Shown piece by piece: positions 1-14,036 of a DNA stretch of 64,000 bases. The stretch covers positions 123,008,001 through 123,072,000 of the forward strand of contig OZ024744.1 in the NCBI GenBank assembly GCA_964016885.1, read 5' to 3'. The position numbers and the translations under genes were made by a program. Every line of letters begins with the position of its first letter. Within the stretch, counting starts at the first letter, position 1. This stretch comes from Eledone cirrhosa (taxonomy: Eukaryota). The notes below the pieces were generated by a model. The model did not search any database, was not told where the DNA came from, and saw only the letters and a program-made list of their open reading frames with translations.

Positions 1-1275
1 GTTGGTGCTGGTGGTGGTGGTGTTGTTGGTGCTGGTGGTGTAGGTGTTGCTGTTGGTGGTGTTGGTGGTGGTGGTGGTGGTGGTGTTGGTGGTGGTGTTG
101 TGGTGGTGTTGGTGGGGGTGGGGGTGGTAGAGTTGGTGGTGGTGGTGGTGTTGATGTTGGTGGTAGTGTTGGTGTTGTTGGTAGTGTTGGTGGTGGTGGT
201 GTTGGTGGTTGTGTTGGTGTTGGTTGTGTTGGTGGTGTTGGTGGTGGAGTCGGTGGTGGTGGTGGTGGTGGTGGTGGTGGTCGGTGGTGTTGGTTGTGTT
301 GTTGGTGATGTAGGTGGTGGTGATGGTGGTGGTGGTGGTGGTGGTGTTGGTGGTGGTGGTGTTGGTGTTGGTGGTTTTGGTGGTGGTGGGGGTGGGGGTG
401 GTGTTGGTGCTGGTGTTGGTTGTGTTGTTGGTGATGGTGGTGGTGGTGTTGGTGTTGGTGTTGGCGGTGTTGGTGGTGGTGTTGGTGGTGTTGGTGGTGG
501 TGGTGTTGGTGGTGGTGGTGTAGTGTTGGTGTTGGTGTTGGTGGTGGTGGTGTTGATGTTGTTGCTGGTGTTTGTGGTGGTGGTGGTGGTGGTGGTGTTA
601 GTGTTGGTGTGTTGGTGTTGTTGTGGTGGTGTTGGTGGTGTTGGTGGTGGTGGTGGTGGTGGTGGCGTTGGTGGTGTTTGTGCTGTTGTTGTTGTTGGTG
701 GTGGTGGTGATGATGTTGGTGTTGGTGTTGGTGTTGGTGGTGGTGGTGGTGGTGGTGGTGGTGGTGTTGTTGGTGGTGGTATTGCTGGCGTTAGTGGTGG
801 TGGTGGTGTTGGTGGTGGTTTTGGTGTTGGTGTTGGAGTTGGTATTGGTGTTGGTGTTAGTGGTGATGGTGGTGTTGGTGATGTTGGTGGTTGTGGTGTT
901 GGTGCTGTTGCTGGTGGAGTTGGTGGTGTTGGTTGTGGTATTGGTGGTGTTGTTGTTCATGGTGGTGTCGGTGGTGGTGGTCGTCGTGTTGGTGTAGGAG
1001 GTGGTGGTGGTGTTAGTGTTGGTGTTGGTGTTGGTTGTGGCGTTGGTGGTGTTGGTGTTGGTGGTTTTGGTGTTGGTGGTTGTGTTGGTGATGGTGGGGG
1101 TGTTGGTGGTAGCGGTGATGGTGTTGGTTTGTGGTGTTGTTGTTGTTGGTGGTGGTGGTGTTGGTGTTGGTGTTGGTGTTGTTGGTGGTGGTCGTCGTGT
1201 TGGTGTTGGTGGTGCTGGTGATGGTGGTTTTGGAATTGTTGTTGGTGGTGGTGTTGATGTATTTGGTTGTGGTGT
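1..1275. repeat. (GGT/GTT)n degenerate trinucleotide low-complexity tract
   Basis: Sequence is almost entirely ggt/gtt triplets; the Val/Gly and Thr/Pro/His ORFs in all frames follow from this. Confidence 0.95.
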
Positions 1276-1349
1276 TGGCGAAGCTGTGGAAGGGTCAAAC
1301 ATGGAATGAAGTGGTGATGGTCTTCACCAAAGAGCAGAAACAAGATGGA

Positions 1350-1690
1350 GTCACATAGTCAGTATGTTATAGTGGATATGTCATAGTCAGTATGTCATAG
1401 TAGACATGCCATAGTCATAGTCATAGTTAGTATATCATAGTCGGCATATCCTTTTCATAGTCATAGTCAGTATGTCATAGTGGACATGCCATAGTCATAG
1501 TCATAGTTAGTATGTCATAGTGGACATGCCATAGTCATAGTCATAGTCAGTATATCATAATCGGCATATCATTGTCATAGTCATAGTCAGTATGTCATAG
1601 TGGACATGCCATAGTCATAGTCATAGTTAGTATGCCATAGTGGACATGCTATAGTCATAGTCATAGTCAGTATGTCATAGTCATAGTCAT
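1350..1690. repeat. ~40-bp minisatellite (gtcatagtcatagtcagtatgtcatagtggacatgccata), about 8 units
   Basis: Tandem units are directly visible and built from gtcata subunits. Confidence 0.9.
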
Positions 1691-2154
1691 GAATGAATGA
1701 TGCTAGAGCTGTGAAATCTAGCATGCATTAATTTTAGCTGCTCTTATTTTTAATACCTAAATAGTTTCTTTCCAGGGACTATGTTGAAAAATAAACCACA
1801 TTTGGTCATTCCATGAGAGTATCTTGGTCAGTCTATGAAATTTTCATCAGACCCTCATATATTAACTTCCTCTTTTCCAAGTGACATATCTGCTCATTTA
1901 ATTAATAAAATTCTAATCCTTTTGTTTCTCAATGAAGCCAGCAAATAAAAAGTATATTTCAAGGCTGGTCTTAAGTATTTACCTTTACACCATTGGCTAA
2001 CATATATTTGTTTAGCTGAAACGATTGTAAAACAATGGATTAATAACTACCTTTCTTCTCATTTGATTCGCTTGACAGGGGCAAATGGCATAGTGTGTAG
2101 AAAACTGGTAGACGACAGCAACAGTTAACTGATAAAATGACAAGTCAGCCAGTC

Positions 2155-2392
2155 ATATCGGTGGCCTCGCCACAGAATGGCGAAGGCATTTCCCCGGAGG
2201 ACGACAAGGGAGACACGCTGGAAAAGCCATTCCAACTCGCGAGACTCACACCTGCGGCTGGCTAGCTCAGCGCCTATGGTGGTGAGTAGGGAGGTAGCCC
2301 CTAGAGCCAAGGACACCAGAAGTCTCCACTGCCAAGTGTACGACAGCAAACCTGTCGGAGAGCGACTGGTATTTGGAGCGTTACTTGATTTT
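2155..2392 (-). mobile_element. 3' fragment of CRE-like RLE non-LTR retrotransposon (restriction-like endonuclease C-terminus)
   Basis: ATSLLTTIGAELASRRCESRELEWLFQRVSLVVLRGNAFAIL nearly matches the C-terminus of the element at 30235-30789 (ATSLLTTIGAELASRRCEPRELEWLFQRVSLSVLQGNSFSIL). Confidence 0.85.
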
Positions 2393-2559
2393 GTGCTTTC
2401 AATATTCAGTAACAATACAGTGTTATTGCCATTCAATCACCCGACTTCCATTGAATACATCAACACTACACGGGCAGGAGATTTCCTTATTGTCTCTGTA
2501 TCAAGGGAGATAATGGGCGACGTTAGTTGGTCTTGTCTATGGTGATGTTTAACATGAAC

Positions 2560-5500
2560 AGGATGTACACAATTTAGCTGGTAAGTTTCTGTCAATTTAT
2601 TTATAAAGAACAGAAATTCTTGTAAAACACATTTTTTGTAGATTAACCCCCAGGCTGAATTGTCAGCTGGGTGGCAATCTCATTTTTTGCCCCTACAGGG
2701 GCGAAAATTTAATTTAAAATAACTGTCCAAAAATGTTTAATATTTTGCCATCAGCAATGGTTAGCGTACAAGGAACGCTAGTGAACGTTGAGGAAGGAAA
2801 AAGAAAAGAAGAAATAGACTTTAACGTTGCTACGAGCTCTGCCTGTATCAATGTAGTTGACAACAAAGTTTTGTTTTACGAAAGTGAAGTAGACAACAGA
2901 AACAAAATTGAACCACACAGTGTACAACAGACACCAAAAAAACAGAAAATATAACGATTGACACAACTACAAACGGAAAAACTAACAACCACAACAACAA
3001 CAACACCAAAAAAATAACTTTTACAGAAACAGTCACAAATGAAATGGATTTTAATATTGGAAGCCAATAAGGACAACAAGGTTTTGTTTCACGAATGTGA
3101 AGTATGTAATAAAAACAAAATTGAACCACACAGTGTACAACAGACACCCAAAACAACAGAACAAAAAACAACAGAAAATAAAACAACTGACACAACTACA
3201 AACGGAAAAACCGACAATCACAACAACAACACAAAAAAAAACTTTTGTACACACAATCATTTCAAGGTTTCAAGGATCTCGATATCTCCAATGCGAGACA
3301 GATGCTCTCTGAAGCAAAGGAGTTCATCACTTTCGGTGAAAACGGTGGGTTTAAAATAAACTCACCCCAGAAATTGTTTCAAACGAAACAAGAAAACCGG
3401 CATTCGTCAGTCAAAGGGAAATTGAAGCAACCTTGAAGTAGATATTGCCGGATATAGATTTTATGCAGAAGGCCAAACAATATGGAAGCATTTCGGTGCT
3501 CCTCAAAAGCGAGGCCCTCGCACAGAAGTATTCAGTGATGTCGATCAGTTCGAACAAATACACCTTTTTCCCTACATACCTGGGAAAAAGAATCCAGAAA
3601 ATCAGAATTACAAACATACCACCAAATATTAATATTTGGTGGATATTGGCAGGTTTTTTTAGAAGAGGGACAGGACACCATTCTATCCATCAAGAAGTCA
3701 ACCAGACACACGTGGTCTGGTACAAATTTGGAGATTCTGGTTCAAAAAAGTGCTTGTGGACAACAACAGCCATATAAGCATTTCAGTTGAAGGAGGGAGA
3801 CCACGCTGCTTCGAGGTAACAGCACATCACATCTAAAGGCCTCCTCCTCTTTACAGACACATTTAAAAAAAACAGCCCCCCACCCACCCAAAAATACTGT
3901 TACCAACACCGACACCAAAACAACCACCACAACAACAACACACAAAACAAGCAAACACACCAAAACAAACAGTCACTCAATCAACAACAACAGAAAAAAC
4001 ACAGACAACTCCCCCGAAGAACACAGTCCCACCTCATTCCACTCGATCCGACACTACCACAAACACACCATCACCACACAACATACGATTCATCGTCAGA
4101 CGAGGCTACTACTCCATCCCCAAGTGAAGATGAAGGACAGCCTCGAAAATCATAAACACAAAAAAAGAGGCACCACAAAGCAACAAAGAAACCAATCACA
4201 AACACCAACACACAACCACAGACACAAACAACAACACAAACACCACCACAGTCAAACATCCCTCTACCAGCAAAATCAACACCAACACCACCCCAAACAC
4301 AAGCACCCATCATAAAAAGAAAATTCCCGGACGAACATCAAACTAAAACAACACAACAAAAACACAAACAACAATACGCATACATCAACATCAACAACAA
4401 GAATTTGATGGAGGTCATCTCCAAAAACCCCAAGGTGGAGACGCAGGGCAAAACTTTCGTCATGGCAGAATCGTCTCCACACCTCAAACTGATAAAGGTT
4501 TCCATGGAAACCTATAGTGAACTAAAAACTGAATTTTCGCAGGACGTGGGCAACCCCTATCAAAAGCCAACCAACCGCGTCCTGTTAAAATGTTTCCTCA
4601 CTCCACTCAGTACCCAAATGGAGATTGAACAACCCGATCTCCAGGAAACGAAAAGGTAAATGCACCTTTTCATCCTTGTTTTGCCAACTCTTTTCCACCA
4701 ACATGGCTAATTTACGAGTTGGAAGCGTGAATGTGTGTGGCCTAGGGATGCTCTGGAAACAGGGCCAACTTTTAAACGACCTTAGGTCACACGATTTGGA
4801 TGTGATAGCCATCACCGAGTCCCGGATCCACAACAGGCAGCAACTATCCCCCATCTTCAATTACTTTGTGGCTGTCATGTTTTGGAAAAACCTGGACGTC
4901 GAAGTACAGCAAGTACACTTGGACCCGGAGGGTAGACTGGTAGTCCTAGAGTGAACAGTATTGGAGGTGGAGCCTTCAGACTGGTGGCCGTTTATGCACC
5001 GACTGGGCAATCGCGACCAGACATCTTTAAGCGTCTAGAGTCTTTTCTGGGAACGTCTCACTCCTTACTTTTAGTGGCGGGGCTGGAATGGTATCCTAGA
5101 TGCACGATGGGACTATGTGGGAGCATGTCCCAGTAGAAGGGGGGGGGGGATGCAACAGCCTCAAAAATCTAATCGGCCAATTCCAACTGGCCGATAGGTA
5201 TCGACTAGATTTCCCGACTGCACCACAGTGGACGTGGGCAAACCACAGCAAGACATCTAGATCATATTTAGACAGGTTCTTTATTAGAGAGAGAGAGACA
5301 AGAAGATGTTAAGCTGTCCACAAATGCACATGGTTGCCTATTCAAACCACAAACTAGTCATATGCATAGTCAACCGTGATAGAATACATAGACAACGACC
5401 CGGATACTGGAAGCTGAACGTATCGCTACCGACACGTAAAGCCTACAGTGAACGGATAAGTAGATTAGTTAAGCAACAATTGACGGGAACCATCGTCAAC

Positions 5501-8352
5501 AACAGATGGTGGTACTCCCTCAAGAAAGCAATTAGAGTAGAGTCGATAGACTTTAGCAGAGAGTTAGCCTTAGAGAAAAACAAAACAGAAACAGAACTAG
5601 TAGCCAGGGTAGAAGAGGCGCTTAGGGGGTGAAACGTAGCTAGTGTGCTAGCAACGAGAACGGCACTGCACCAGTTCTTCGACGCGAAACACGAAGGCTG
5701 CGTGGTCAGAAGTAAATCGCGTGCTCTAGGAAACGAGGGAGAAAAAGCTGTTAGCTGGGGCCAAGCGGCAGAGGCGAAAAGTGGCAACAATGTCCACGAT
5801 TCGCTCTTTGAAAGACCAAAACGGACGCATGCTGCTTAACCCCAAGCGGATGTGCGCGGCCTTTCAGCGGCACTTTGCGCAACTGTTCGAGCAGAGTGGC
5901 GGTGCGTCGAACGGGGCAATGGACTTCGGTTCATACCTCGACGGCTTGCAGCGTCTCTTGAGCATGGACGCCGAGTTCTGCGAAAGACCGATCACAGACA
6001 CTAGATACGGGACGCTCTGCGTCGCTGCAGGAAACGCAAATCACCCGGTCTAGATGGTCTACCCTATGAGTTTTATATAGGCATGCCGGTCTTGTTCTCT
6101 GAAGTCCTCGAAGCCATCTACTGCAATTGGCAACAGAACGGGAGAATTCCCAGTTCTGCAGGCAGGGGCGTAGGAACGCTGATCAGGAAAGACGAGAACA
6201 AGGGGGACGAACTAAGCAACCTTAGGCCCATAACTCTGCTCAACACAGAGTTAAAGATGTTGGACAAGGTGTTGGCAACGAGATTGGCGCTTGTCGTCGA
6301 GAACCTGGTAGGGAAAGCGAAAACGTGTGCAATCCCGACCAGGTCCGTACACGACAACCTCCACCTCATGCGATACATCATAGAGAGGGTGGTGTGTAAA
6401 CGCGGCTTTGGTGGGGCTCTGACCAATTTAGATCAATCTAAGGCGTTCGATAGGGTCGACCATCGATACTTGGAAGCGGTTCTCAAAGCGGCCAGTTTCG
6501 GACTCCCATTCAGAGGCTGGATCACCGCAATGCACACCAACATCTGCTCGACGGTCAAGATGAACGGCTACCTATCAGAGCCGTTTGTAATAACGCGTTC
6601 CACCGATAGGGATGCCCTCTCTCCTCTATTCTGTACGTGCTAACTCTGGAGCCACTACTGTGGAAGTTGGAGCTTCGGCAGAGCATCCAGTTGGAACCGG
6701 GACTGCGGAAAGCGGAGTCGGCTCATGTCGACGACGTGACGGTAATGGTGTCGGAAACCTCAGAAATCGGGGCGATCGGCAACTTACTGCAGGAATACGA
6801 AAGGCTCACAGGATCAAAACTGAACACGGACAAGTCTGTCGGTTTGCAACCCGGAACGTGGAGAGGCAAACCGATGCCGTCCAACAGCGTCGGCGGACGC
6901 TGGACGGACAGACCGGGGAAATTGCTCGTGGTCTGGTTCGGTCCGGACCTCCAGGTGGAGAAAAACTGAAACGAGGTCACGGCCAAGGTATTTGCGCTCA
7001 CCCAGAAGTGGGCAGAGTGCAAACTATCCTTGAAAGGTCGAGCGGAGGTGGCGAACACTTTCATAGCGTCATCTATTACTGCTTGACTGTCGTGCCTTGT
7101 CCCCGTGAACGCCTCACCAAGATGGAACGCATGCTCTTCCAGTTCCTTTGGTAGAAGCAGGCTACACTGGTGAAGAGATCCATCTGCTGTCAGCACTCTT
7201 CCAACGGAGGGCTGGGAATGCCGTGGCTGATGATGCACAAGTATGCGCTGAGGCTACGGCATCTACAGGTATTCCTCACCGACCCCCCAACTGGTGTGGG
7301 CACCGTTTGTGAGACAGGCCTTCCCGCAACTTGTTTTGCTGACGGAGCTGCAGTCCTGGTCAAGCGGAGACCGAAGAAGATGGGCGCCTGGCACATTGAA
7401 TGTGCTCAAGCATTCACAGTCCTCTGTCAAGCGGGCACAGCAATCAGTAGAGACTCCACTTCGACATTCTAAATAGGGTTAGTACGTCACAAGGGCGACG
7501 ACGTGCTCGGAGAGACTCTGGGCGTTGAAGACGACGAACTCACCAGTCTGTTTGGTAGGACTTTCCGCCCGGGACCTATGGACAACTTCCAGAGTTCCCT
7601 GGCCTGGCAGTGCTACCGAGGAGATCTACCAGTTCGTGACATGATATACAAGCACGGACGCCCCGGCCAAGAGGACGTAACCAAGATGCGGGCAGGTCAT
7701 TGAAACTGTTCTGCACGCAATTGTACACTGCCCGGGCGTAACCGACCTGAGGAACTACGCGGAACAACTGCTGTCGCGTGTGGGACAAATCCAGTTGACT
7801 GCCGAGTCCATAGTAAGGATCAAACCGCCAACTTCTTTCAAAAACGAAAGAGAGGCGGTTTTCCTCTGTGTAATGGCTATGGTGAAACAGGTTATATGGT
7901 GGGCGAGATTGAGAGGACTGAGGACAGATGCCTTTCTCTCCGGATAACAACCCATTCCCTTCTTTAAGTACCACTTTAGAAGGAGAATCAGAGTGGAGAG
8001 AGAGGCACTGCACCCCAGTAAATTTACTGAAAGGTGGGTGAATGAAGTAAAAATGGCCCGAGTGATTGGGCCTTCTCTGTATATAAGCCTGTAAGTTAAA
8101 GAAGAGAGCAACAGGAAGAAAGGGGCACTTTCACAACACGCTCCTGGAGTTGAGGGTTGTTCTATCGACGGGGTATTAAACAATCCATTTGTGGGGCGTC
8201 CCCCCTATTGGGGATTTCGATTGTTATAATTGTTTGTTATATGTTTGTTTCATATTTTTACACAATTGTATGTAAAATCTCCGTCATGTGTCTTTGTTTG
8301 TCCCTTTTACTTGTGCGCCCTTGTGGCAAATAAAGAAATATATCTATCTATT
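2560..8352 (+). mobile_element. Tx1/L1-clade LINE, near full-length, decayed (copy 1, subfamily A)
   Basis: 5' region is homologous to 48130-48260; ORF1 remnants end EQPDLQETKR* at 4659; ORF2 4703-8094; AATAAA 8329-8334 then (TATC)n tail. The 5' boundary is approximate. Confidence 0.88.
4703..8094 (+). pseudogene. LINE ORF2 (APE endonuclease, RT, C-terminal zinc finger) with stops and frameshifts
   Basis: MANLRVGSVNVCGL..DVIAITES, VYAP, SYLDRFF, SNHK, PGYWKLN, RPITLLNTELK, LDQSKAFDRVDH, AHVDD (degenerate YADD), GGLG. Confidence 0.9.
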
Positions 8353-8776
8353 CTATTCTTTTTTATTAGCAGGAAAGACTCCCCATGGGTCATAGAGCTG
8401 TTTGGCAGCAAACAACAGTTACCGGGGTGGGGTGTGGATGGATGGTATGGAGGTTTTGTATTAAAAAAAGAGAAGTGAGGTCGAGGAGTGGGGTGTCAGA
8501 TTTCATGACTGCTGGAATAAGACAGGTGTGATGTTGGAGGGGAGTTATAACCAGTTGAAATATTCTAGCTGTGGGGGGAAGGGGGTTTCTTGATTAGGGA
8601 TCGCGGGACTTGGGTGGGAATGGGGTAGCTTGAATCTCTCTCTCTCATAGATGAAGGGAGGTGTTAAAAGGCAGTTGAGCCTTAGGGAACTTCTATGTTG
8701 GTATAAGATGGCCTCTATGGGGGGATATCTAAAAGAATTTTTTTCAGCTTTCAGAAGTTTGAAGTGGATATATATA

Positions 8777-8781
<5 letters not shown>

Positions 8782-8864
<83 letters not shown>
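8782..8864. repeat. (TA)n microsatellite
   Basis: Direct reading. Confidence 0.95.
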
Positions 8865-8866
<2 letters not shown>

Positions 8867-9500
8867 GATATTAACAAATGGAAACTATATTTATAAAACC
8901 ATATTTATTTCATTATACATATTTCAAGGACACCAAGTTAAATTATGGTGTGCTTTCGTCAGATAAAATATAATATAGAGCAGTTTTATAAATAAATATT
9001 GACATACCCTTAAAGAATGCGACCATTTCTGTTGGAAGCTCCCGGATAGTGGAGTTATATCTTTAATTATATTATTAGGTAAGTTAGTATTGGATATTTT
9101 TAAATAAGCCGTTGGGTTACGGAGAAAGAGAAAGAGAGAGAAAGAGAGAGAAAGGAGAAAGAGAAAGGAGAGAGAACAAAACTCTAAGTCATATCTTGTT
9201 GAGTTATCTTAACATTTGAGATGAAATGAATAAATAAAATTAGAAATGTTAATAATCATGAATGGAATATACATATATAATATGAGAAATTTAACCATTG
9301 TTTAAATATGATTAAATGTTTAGTTAATCAGTTAAATATTGAGATCAATATTTTAAAAATTGGGATCTATATATTAAGAAATCTATATATTATTATTAAG
9401 ATTATATTGTTAAAGATCTATATATTATATAACACGTATACACACGCAAAAATACATACATATAAATATATATACACACGTATATATATTTATATATTAT
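8865..9500 (-). repeat. PLE pseudo-LTR, inverted copy of 15010-15655
   Basis: ~640-bp reverse-complement match (spurious ORFs 9308..9508+ and 15009..15206- are near-identical); carries a hammerhead motif. Confidence 0.85.
8906..8970 (-). ncRNA. Type I hammerhead ribozyme motif
   Basis: Minus strand TATTTTAT-CTGACGA-AAGCACACCA-loop-TGGTGTCCTT-GAA-ATA-TG-TAT-A-ATGAAATA: canonical CUGAnGA/GAAA core, 8-bp stem I, predicted AUA cleavage triplet. Confidence 0.8.
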
Positions 9501-9639
9501 ACGTATGAAAAAGCACATTATTACAACGAAGCGTTAGGTAGAGCTGGGTATAGAAATAAAATTAAATACATTGATAATAATAATAATATAACAACTAACC
9601 ATAATCGTAACAATTTTAACTATTTTAACAATTTTAACA

Positions 9640-10354
9640 ACTATAATAGAAAACCTTACAATAATTCCGAAAGCAAAAGAAGAAATAGAACTAGGAACAT
9701 ATTATGGTTCGCTCCTCCTTTCTCATTAAATATTATTGCTAAACTATTTTTTAAAGCTCTTGACAAATGCTTCCCTAGAACACATAGATATTACTCAATT
9801 TTTAATAGACATACTATAAAATTAACTTATTCTTCCACCAAAAATTTGGCGCAAAATATTAATAGAATTAATAATAGAAATTTAAAACCTAACCAAAATA
9901 CCACTAATAACCCAAGCAATATCCAATTTGATAAATGTAACTGTAGAAATAAATCTAACTGTCCATTAAATAACAATTGCTTAGCTAAAAATATAGTATA
10001 TAATTGTAATGTAAAAACTAATTTAAATTCATTTAATTATGTGGGATCCACTTCCACAGAGTTTAAATCCCGCTTCAATAATCATAAAAATTCTTTTACA
10101 GATCCAAACAAAAAATCTTCAACTTCTCTTGCTTATTATGGGACCTCAAACTAAAGAACGTTGAATATTCGTTGATTTGGAATATTATTTCAAAAGCTAC
10201 TCCTTTTAACTCCTCTCCAGAAAATTGTGATCTTTGTATAGAGGAAATATTCTTTATATTAAAGACCAAAAATTCCCTGAACCTAAGGAACAATTTATTC
10301 AGTTGCTGTAGACATAGATTAAACTCAACGGTTAAATATAAATTTAAAATGTAA
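9640..10354 (+). pseudogene. Hydra-type PLE 3' fragment (linker plus GIY-YIG endonuclease)
   Basis: WFAPPFS, CNCRNKSNCPLNNNC, NIVY..YVGSTSTEFKSRFNNH, CDLCIEE, CRH; frameshifted. Confidence 0.85.
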
Positions 10355-11432
10355 TATATAATTAATTAATTAATTCTATTAATATATTGAACCTGTTGAT
10401 AAATCATTAGATTGCTTCATTTTTTTTGACTGCTTATACACTCAAGTAAAAAAAACTTTTCTTCCTAAATATAAATAAATATAATTAACTATTCTAGAGA
10501 AATATACTGAAAGCTCTTAAAAGGGGAAAATATTTTTTATTGTTTAAATAGTTTCTCCTATTTTCGAAAGTTTATCTTTTAAAAGTTTCTGTTTGTTTCT
10601 CTTATGGATATAAAATTAAGTTAAATATACGTAGAAAATTTCTATAAACATATTATTATTTTGAAATTATAACTTGAAATATTCTATAATATTTTTAAAG
10701 TTATATTGTTTTTAAAGTTATATTGCTTATAATTATATTTCCAAATCGTAATATAATTCTTTTGTATTTTATGTACCTCTATTATACTATGTACTGTATT
10801 TATATATACTTCTCTCTCTATATGCCTGTATATATATGTGTATGTGTGTATTGATATACATGTACATATGTTTTATGCGTGTATGTCTATCTGTATATAT
10901 ATATATATATGTGATGCGTATCTACCTATTTGTGTGGGTACATATATGTATGTATATGTGGGATTGTGTATGTATATATACGTGTATATCCATACAATTC
11001 GATTGCACTTATTTATAGGGATTATCCCAAGATTCGTGACAAATAAACATATAATAACAGTCATAAATACATAACAGGTAATCTTATAAAACTTATATAA
11101 AAAAAATTTGTTTAATAACAAAGTGTGTATAACATAAAATTTCCTTTAATATCTTAACAATTGTAACATTGATATAACTATATAACGTAATTTTCCTTCA
11201 CGCTGCTTTGATATTACATTGAAATGACTTTCTCTGATTTTATATATCTTAAATTAAAGAATCCTTTATATTTTGTATGTATCTGTTAGAACACGAAAAG
11301 TGTGAAACAACAGAATGTTCACTTTTCGTGTTCTAACATATATGCCTAACATCTTCATAAATTTTCCCGGGATAGCCGTGGTGGTGGTGATCGTATGTCA
11401 TTGGCTAATTTTCAACCAATCAGAGTAAGTGT

Positions 11433-11482
<50 letters not shown>

Positions 11483-12394
11483 TATTCCCCCTCTCTCTAT
11501 ATATATCTTACGCTTTACACTCCTCCCCTTCAATAACACATTTCCCCCTCTCTATATATCTCTTCCACTGTTACTTACGCCTGTTTCTCTCTATCTGTTC
11601 CGTCTCTATATATATATATCTCTTACTCTTTCTCTTTGCACTCCTCCCCTTCAATACCATCTCTCCCCCTCTCTATATATTTGTTACTCTATCGCTGCAC
11701 GCTCCTCTCCTTCAATATATCAATTACACACGCTTTACACTCCTTTATCCCCAGCGCCCCTATATATACACCCCCCCTCTCCCGCATCTATATTTTAATG
11801 TACCGTTGCACCGTGAATATATGTGTCTATATATATATACATATATATTGTATATACACATTCATGTATGTGTATACACACTCATGTATGTATATACACT
11901 GGTTTTATGTGTGTATTGTAAATTTGTACTGTTAAAACACGAAACTAACATTCGATTGACACTTTGATTACCTGTACAGGCAATAGTTATTAGAATGCTG
12001 TTGAAGTGTGTATATATTTTTGGGGGACATCCTGTATATACACACATTATATATAATACAATAAACAGATAAATACACACATATATATATGAGCTTATTT
12101 AATTATAAATATTGTGAATTTTTAACTCAGTTCAATTATATATATAAATGGCTTCTACAGGACTAGAACTGTTTCATTCGAAAGAAATCATCATAATATT
12201 GAGAGGGGGGATTAGATAAAATATTTTAAATCAAATGTGTATAAGTTATAAGTTAAAATGTATAAATAGAGACGATAGTGGAGGTATATCTGTTTAGTGG
12301 AACAGTAGACGATAGAATTAAATACAGACGATAATCTCCCTTTAATGAAACAGCAGACGATAGAATTAAGGCAATTTAAATTTTAAGCATTTGC

Positions 12395-12450
12395 ATTTTT
12401 GCCTTTCATCGTTACGGGGTCGATAAAATAAAGTACCAGTAATACACTGT
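12395..12450 (+). mobile_element. SINE fragment (central/3' part of the same tRNA-derived SINE family)
   Basis: ttgcctttcatcgttacggggtcgataaaataaagtaccagt matches the copies at 13315-13445 and 26715-26900. Confidence 0.7.
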
Positions 12451-12808
12451 CACTAGACGACTTTCAAATTGAATTGTTGGTTCCATTTCTTTAGTATTTT
12501 CAATTGTAGTTATCTACTTAAAAAGCGTTACACGGTTAGAGACATAATTGGTAAGTTATATCTTCCCTATTAAACCATTGCATTATTTCGCCTACAATAG
12601 AACAAAAATGAAATGTTCTTTAAAGAAACAGGAATATAACTTTATAAAAAAAAAAGTTGCATCCGCTTCTTTTATCATTGATAATTTTTTCGTTTTAATA
12701 TTAATTGTTTTTTGTAGTTGTTTATATTAAAAATCTTACTGTAATATTTACTTAAACGAAGGCAAACATCTAAACTTATAGATTAATCTTGAGCGAAGGA
12801 CTAGATAA

Positions 12809-12827
12809 ATCTCTCTCTCTCTCTCTC

Positions 12828-12918
<91 letters not shown>
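12809..12918. repeat. (CT)n(TA)n compound microsatellite
   Basis: Direct reading. Confidence 0.95.
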
Positions 12919-12922
<4 letters not shown>

Positions 12923-13314
12923 GAAGAATGATAAAATTTCAAGCAAAGAGTTTAATTAGGTATATTTTGTAATATTATTAACTAATTATTATAATTAACG
13001 CGCATATTTTGCTATCCTCAAACACGTTTACACATGGCATGAAATATAACTAATCCGAGATGGCTAGGTTTCATCTTCTAACTGGATATACGAAATCCAT
13101 TATGTCTTGACAACAACATGAGGTAACATTATGTTATTCACAGACACACTTTGTACACTGTTCCATATCAGAATGTATTTCCTTCGTCACATTCACAAAC
13201 AGTATTGAAAATATGTTCTTCAGCAAATAAAAATGTTTTGTTCATAATATTTCAACTAGCGATTGCTCTACTCCACGCACGACCACCATAAATTAATGAC
13301 CAGCTCAACACAAG

Positions 13315-13445
13315 TATTGGTAGAGCGTCAGACACCATGCTTTGCAGTATTGTTATGGTCCTTTGCATTCTAAGTTCAAATCCTGCCGAGGTTAACTTCG
13401 ACTTTCATACTTACTAATTCGATAAAATAAAGTACCAGTAATGGA
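13315..13445 (+). mobile_element. tRNA-derived SINE
   Basis: A-box-like tggtagagcg and B-box gttcaaatcc, then gccgaggttaacttcgactttcat...cgataaaataaagtaccag shared with two other copies in the window. Confidence 0.75.
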
Positions 13446-14036
13446 CTGCCGTAATGGATTTGTGCCGAAAAATAGAAACACTATTAATGTGCAATAAGAG
13501 CAAAATATAACGACATTGCTCAATTATTTTATCTAATGTTGTAATAACACAAGGAAATGTTGTTTGTGTATTTTTTTTTATATTTGCTCATAGGCTTTTA
13601 CAATTTCGCTCAGCCAACAACTATTAAAAAGTGAGTTGCTTAAGATAACAATTTAATCACAAATTGTTGCTATCTTTTAATACACTCCAACAAGTCATCA
13701 AATTATGTACAATAAAAACAAATCTTATTAATTTGCTCAGGGAATATAAAGAAAATGTATATACACTGATAATTGCAATTGTATGTAAATATTTTGTTTT
13801 TGTATTGTTTATTTTATGTTTTCTATTATGTATAATATATTGATTTAATATTGATTGTTTTTTGTAGTTGTTTATATTAAAAGTCTGAAAATATTTTTAT
13901 ACATCTTACACTAATATTTATAAGATAATTTATAATAACAATTACATAATCTAATTACATTACAACGATAATTTATTATTAATATATATCCTGTTTAACT
14001 AGAGTTATTACAAGCGTTGCCTTAAAAAAATATTAA

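Noticed and set aside
1-1358. Gly/Val-rich or mucin-like Thr/Pro ORFs
   Set aside because: Open in nearly all frames because (GGT/GTT)n lacks stops; no signal peptide, domain or splice evidence.
10501-10543. Degenerate hammerhead-like motifs (ctgaaag-ctctt-aa-aaggg-gaaa here; also ~24986-25020 minus and ~27255)
   Set aside because: Core substitutions or a missing GAAA; plausible relics but not supportable as features.
13315-13395. tRNA gene
   Set aside because: A/B boxes are present but there is no cloverleaf, and it continues into the SINE body shared with other copies.
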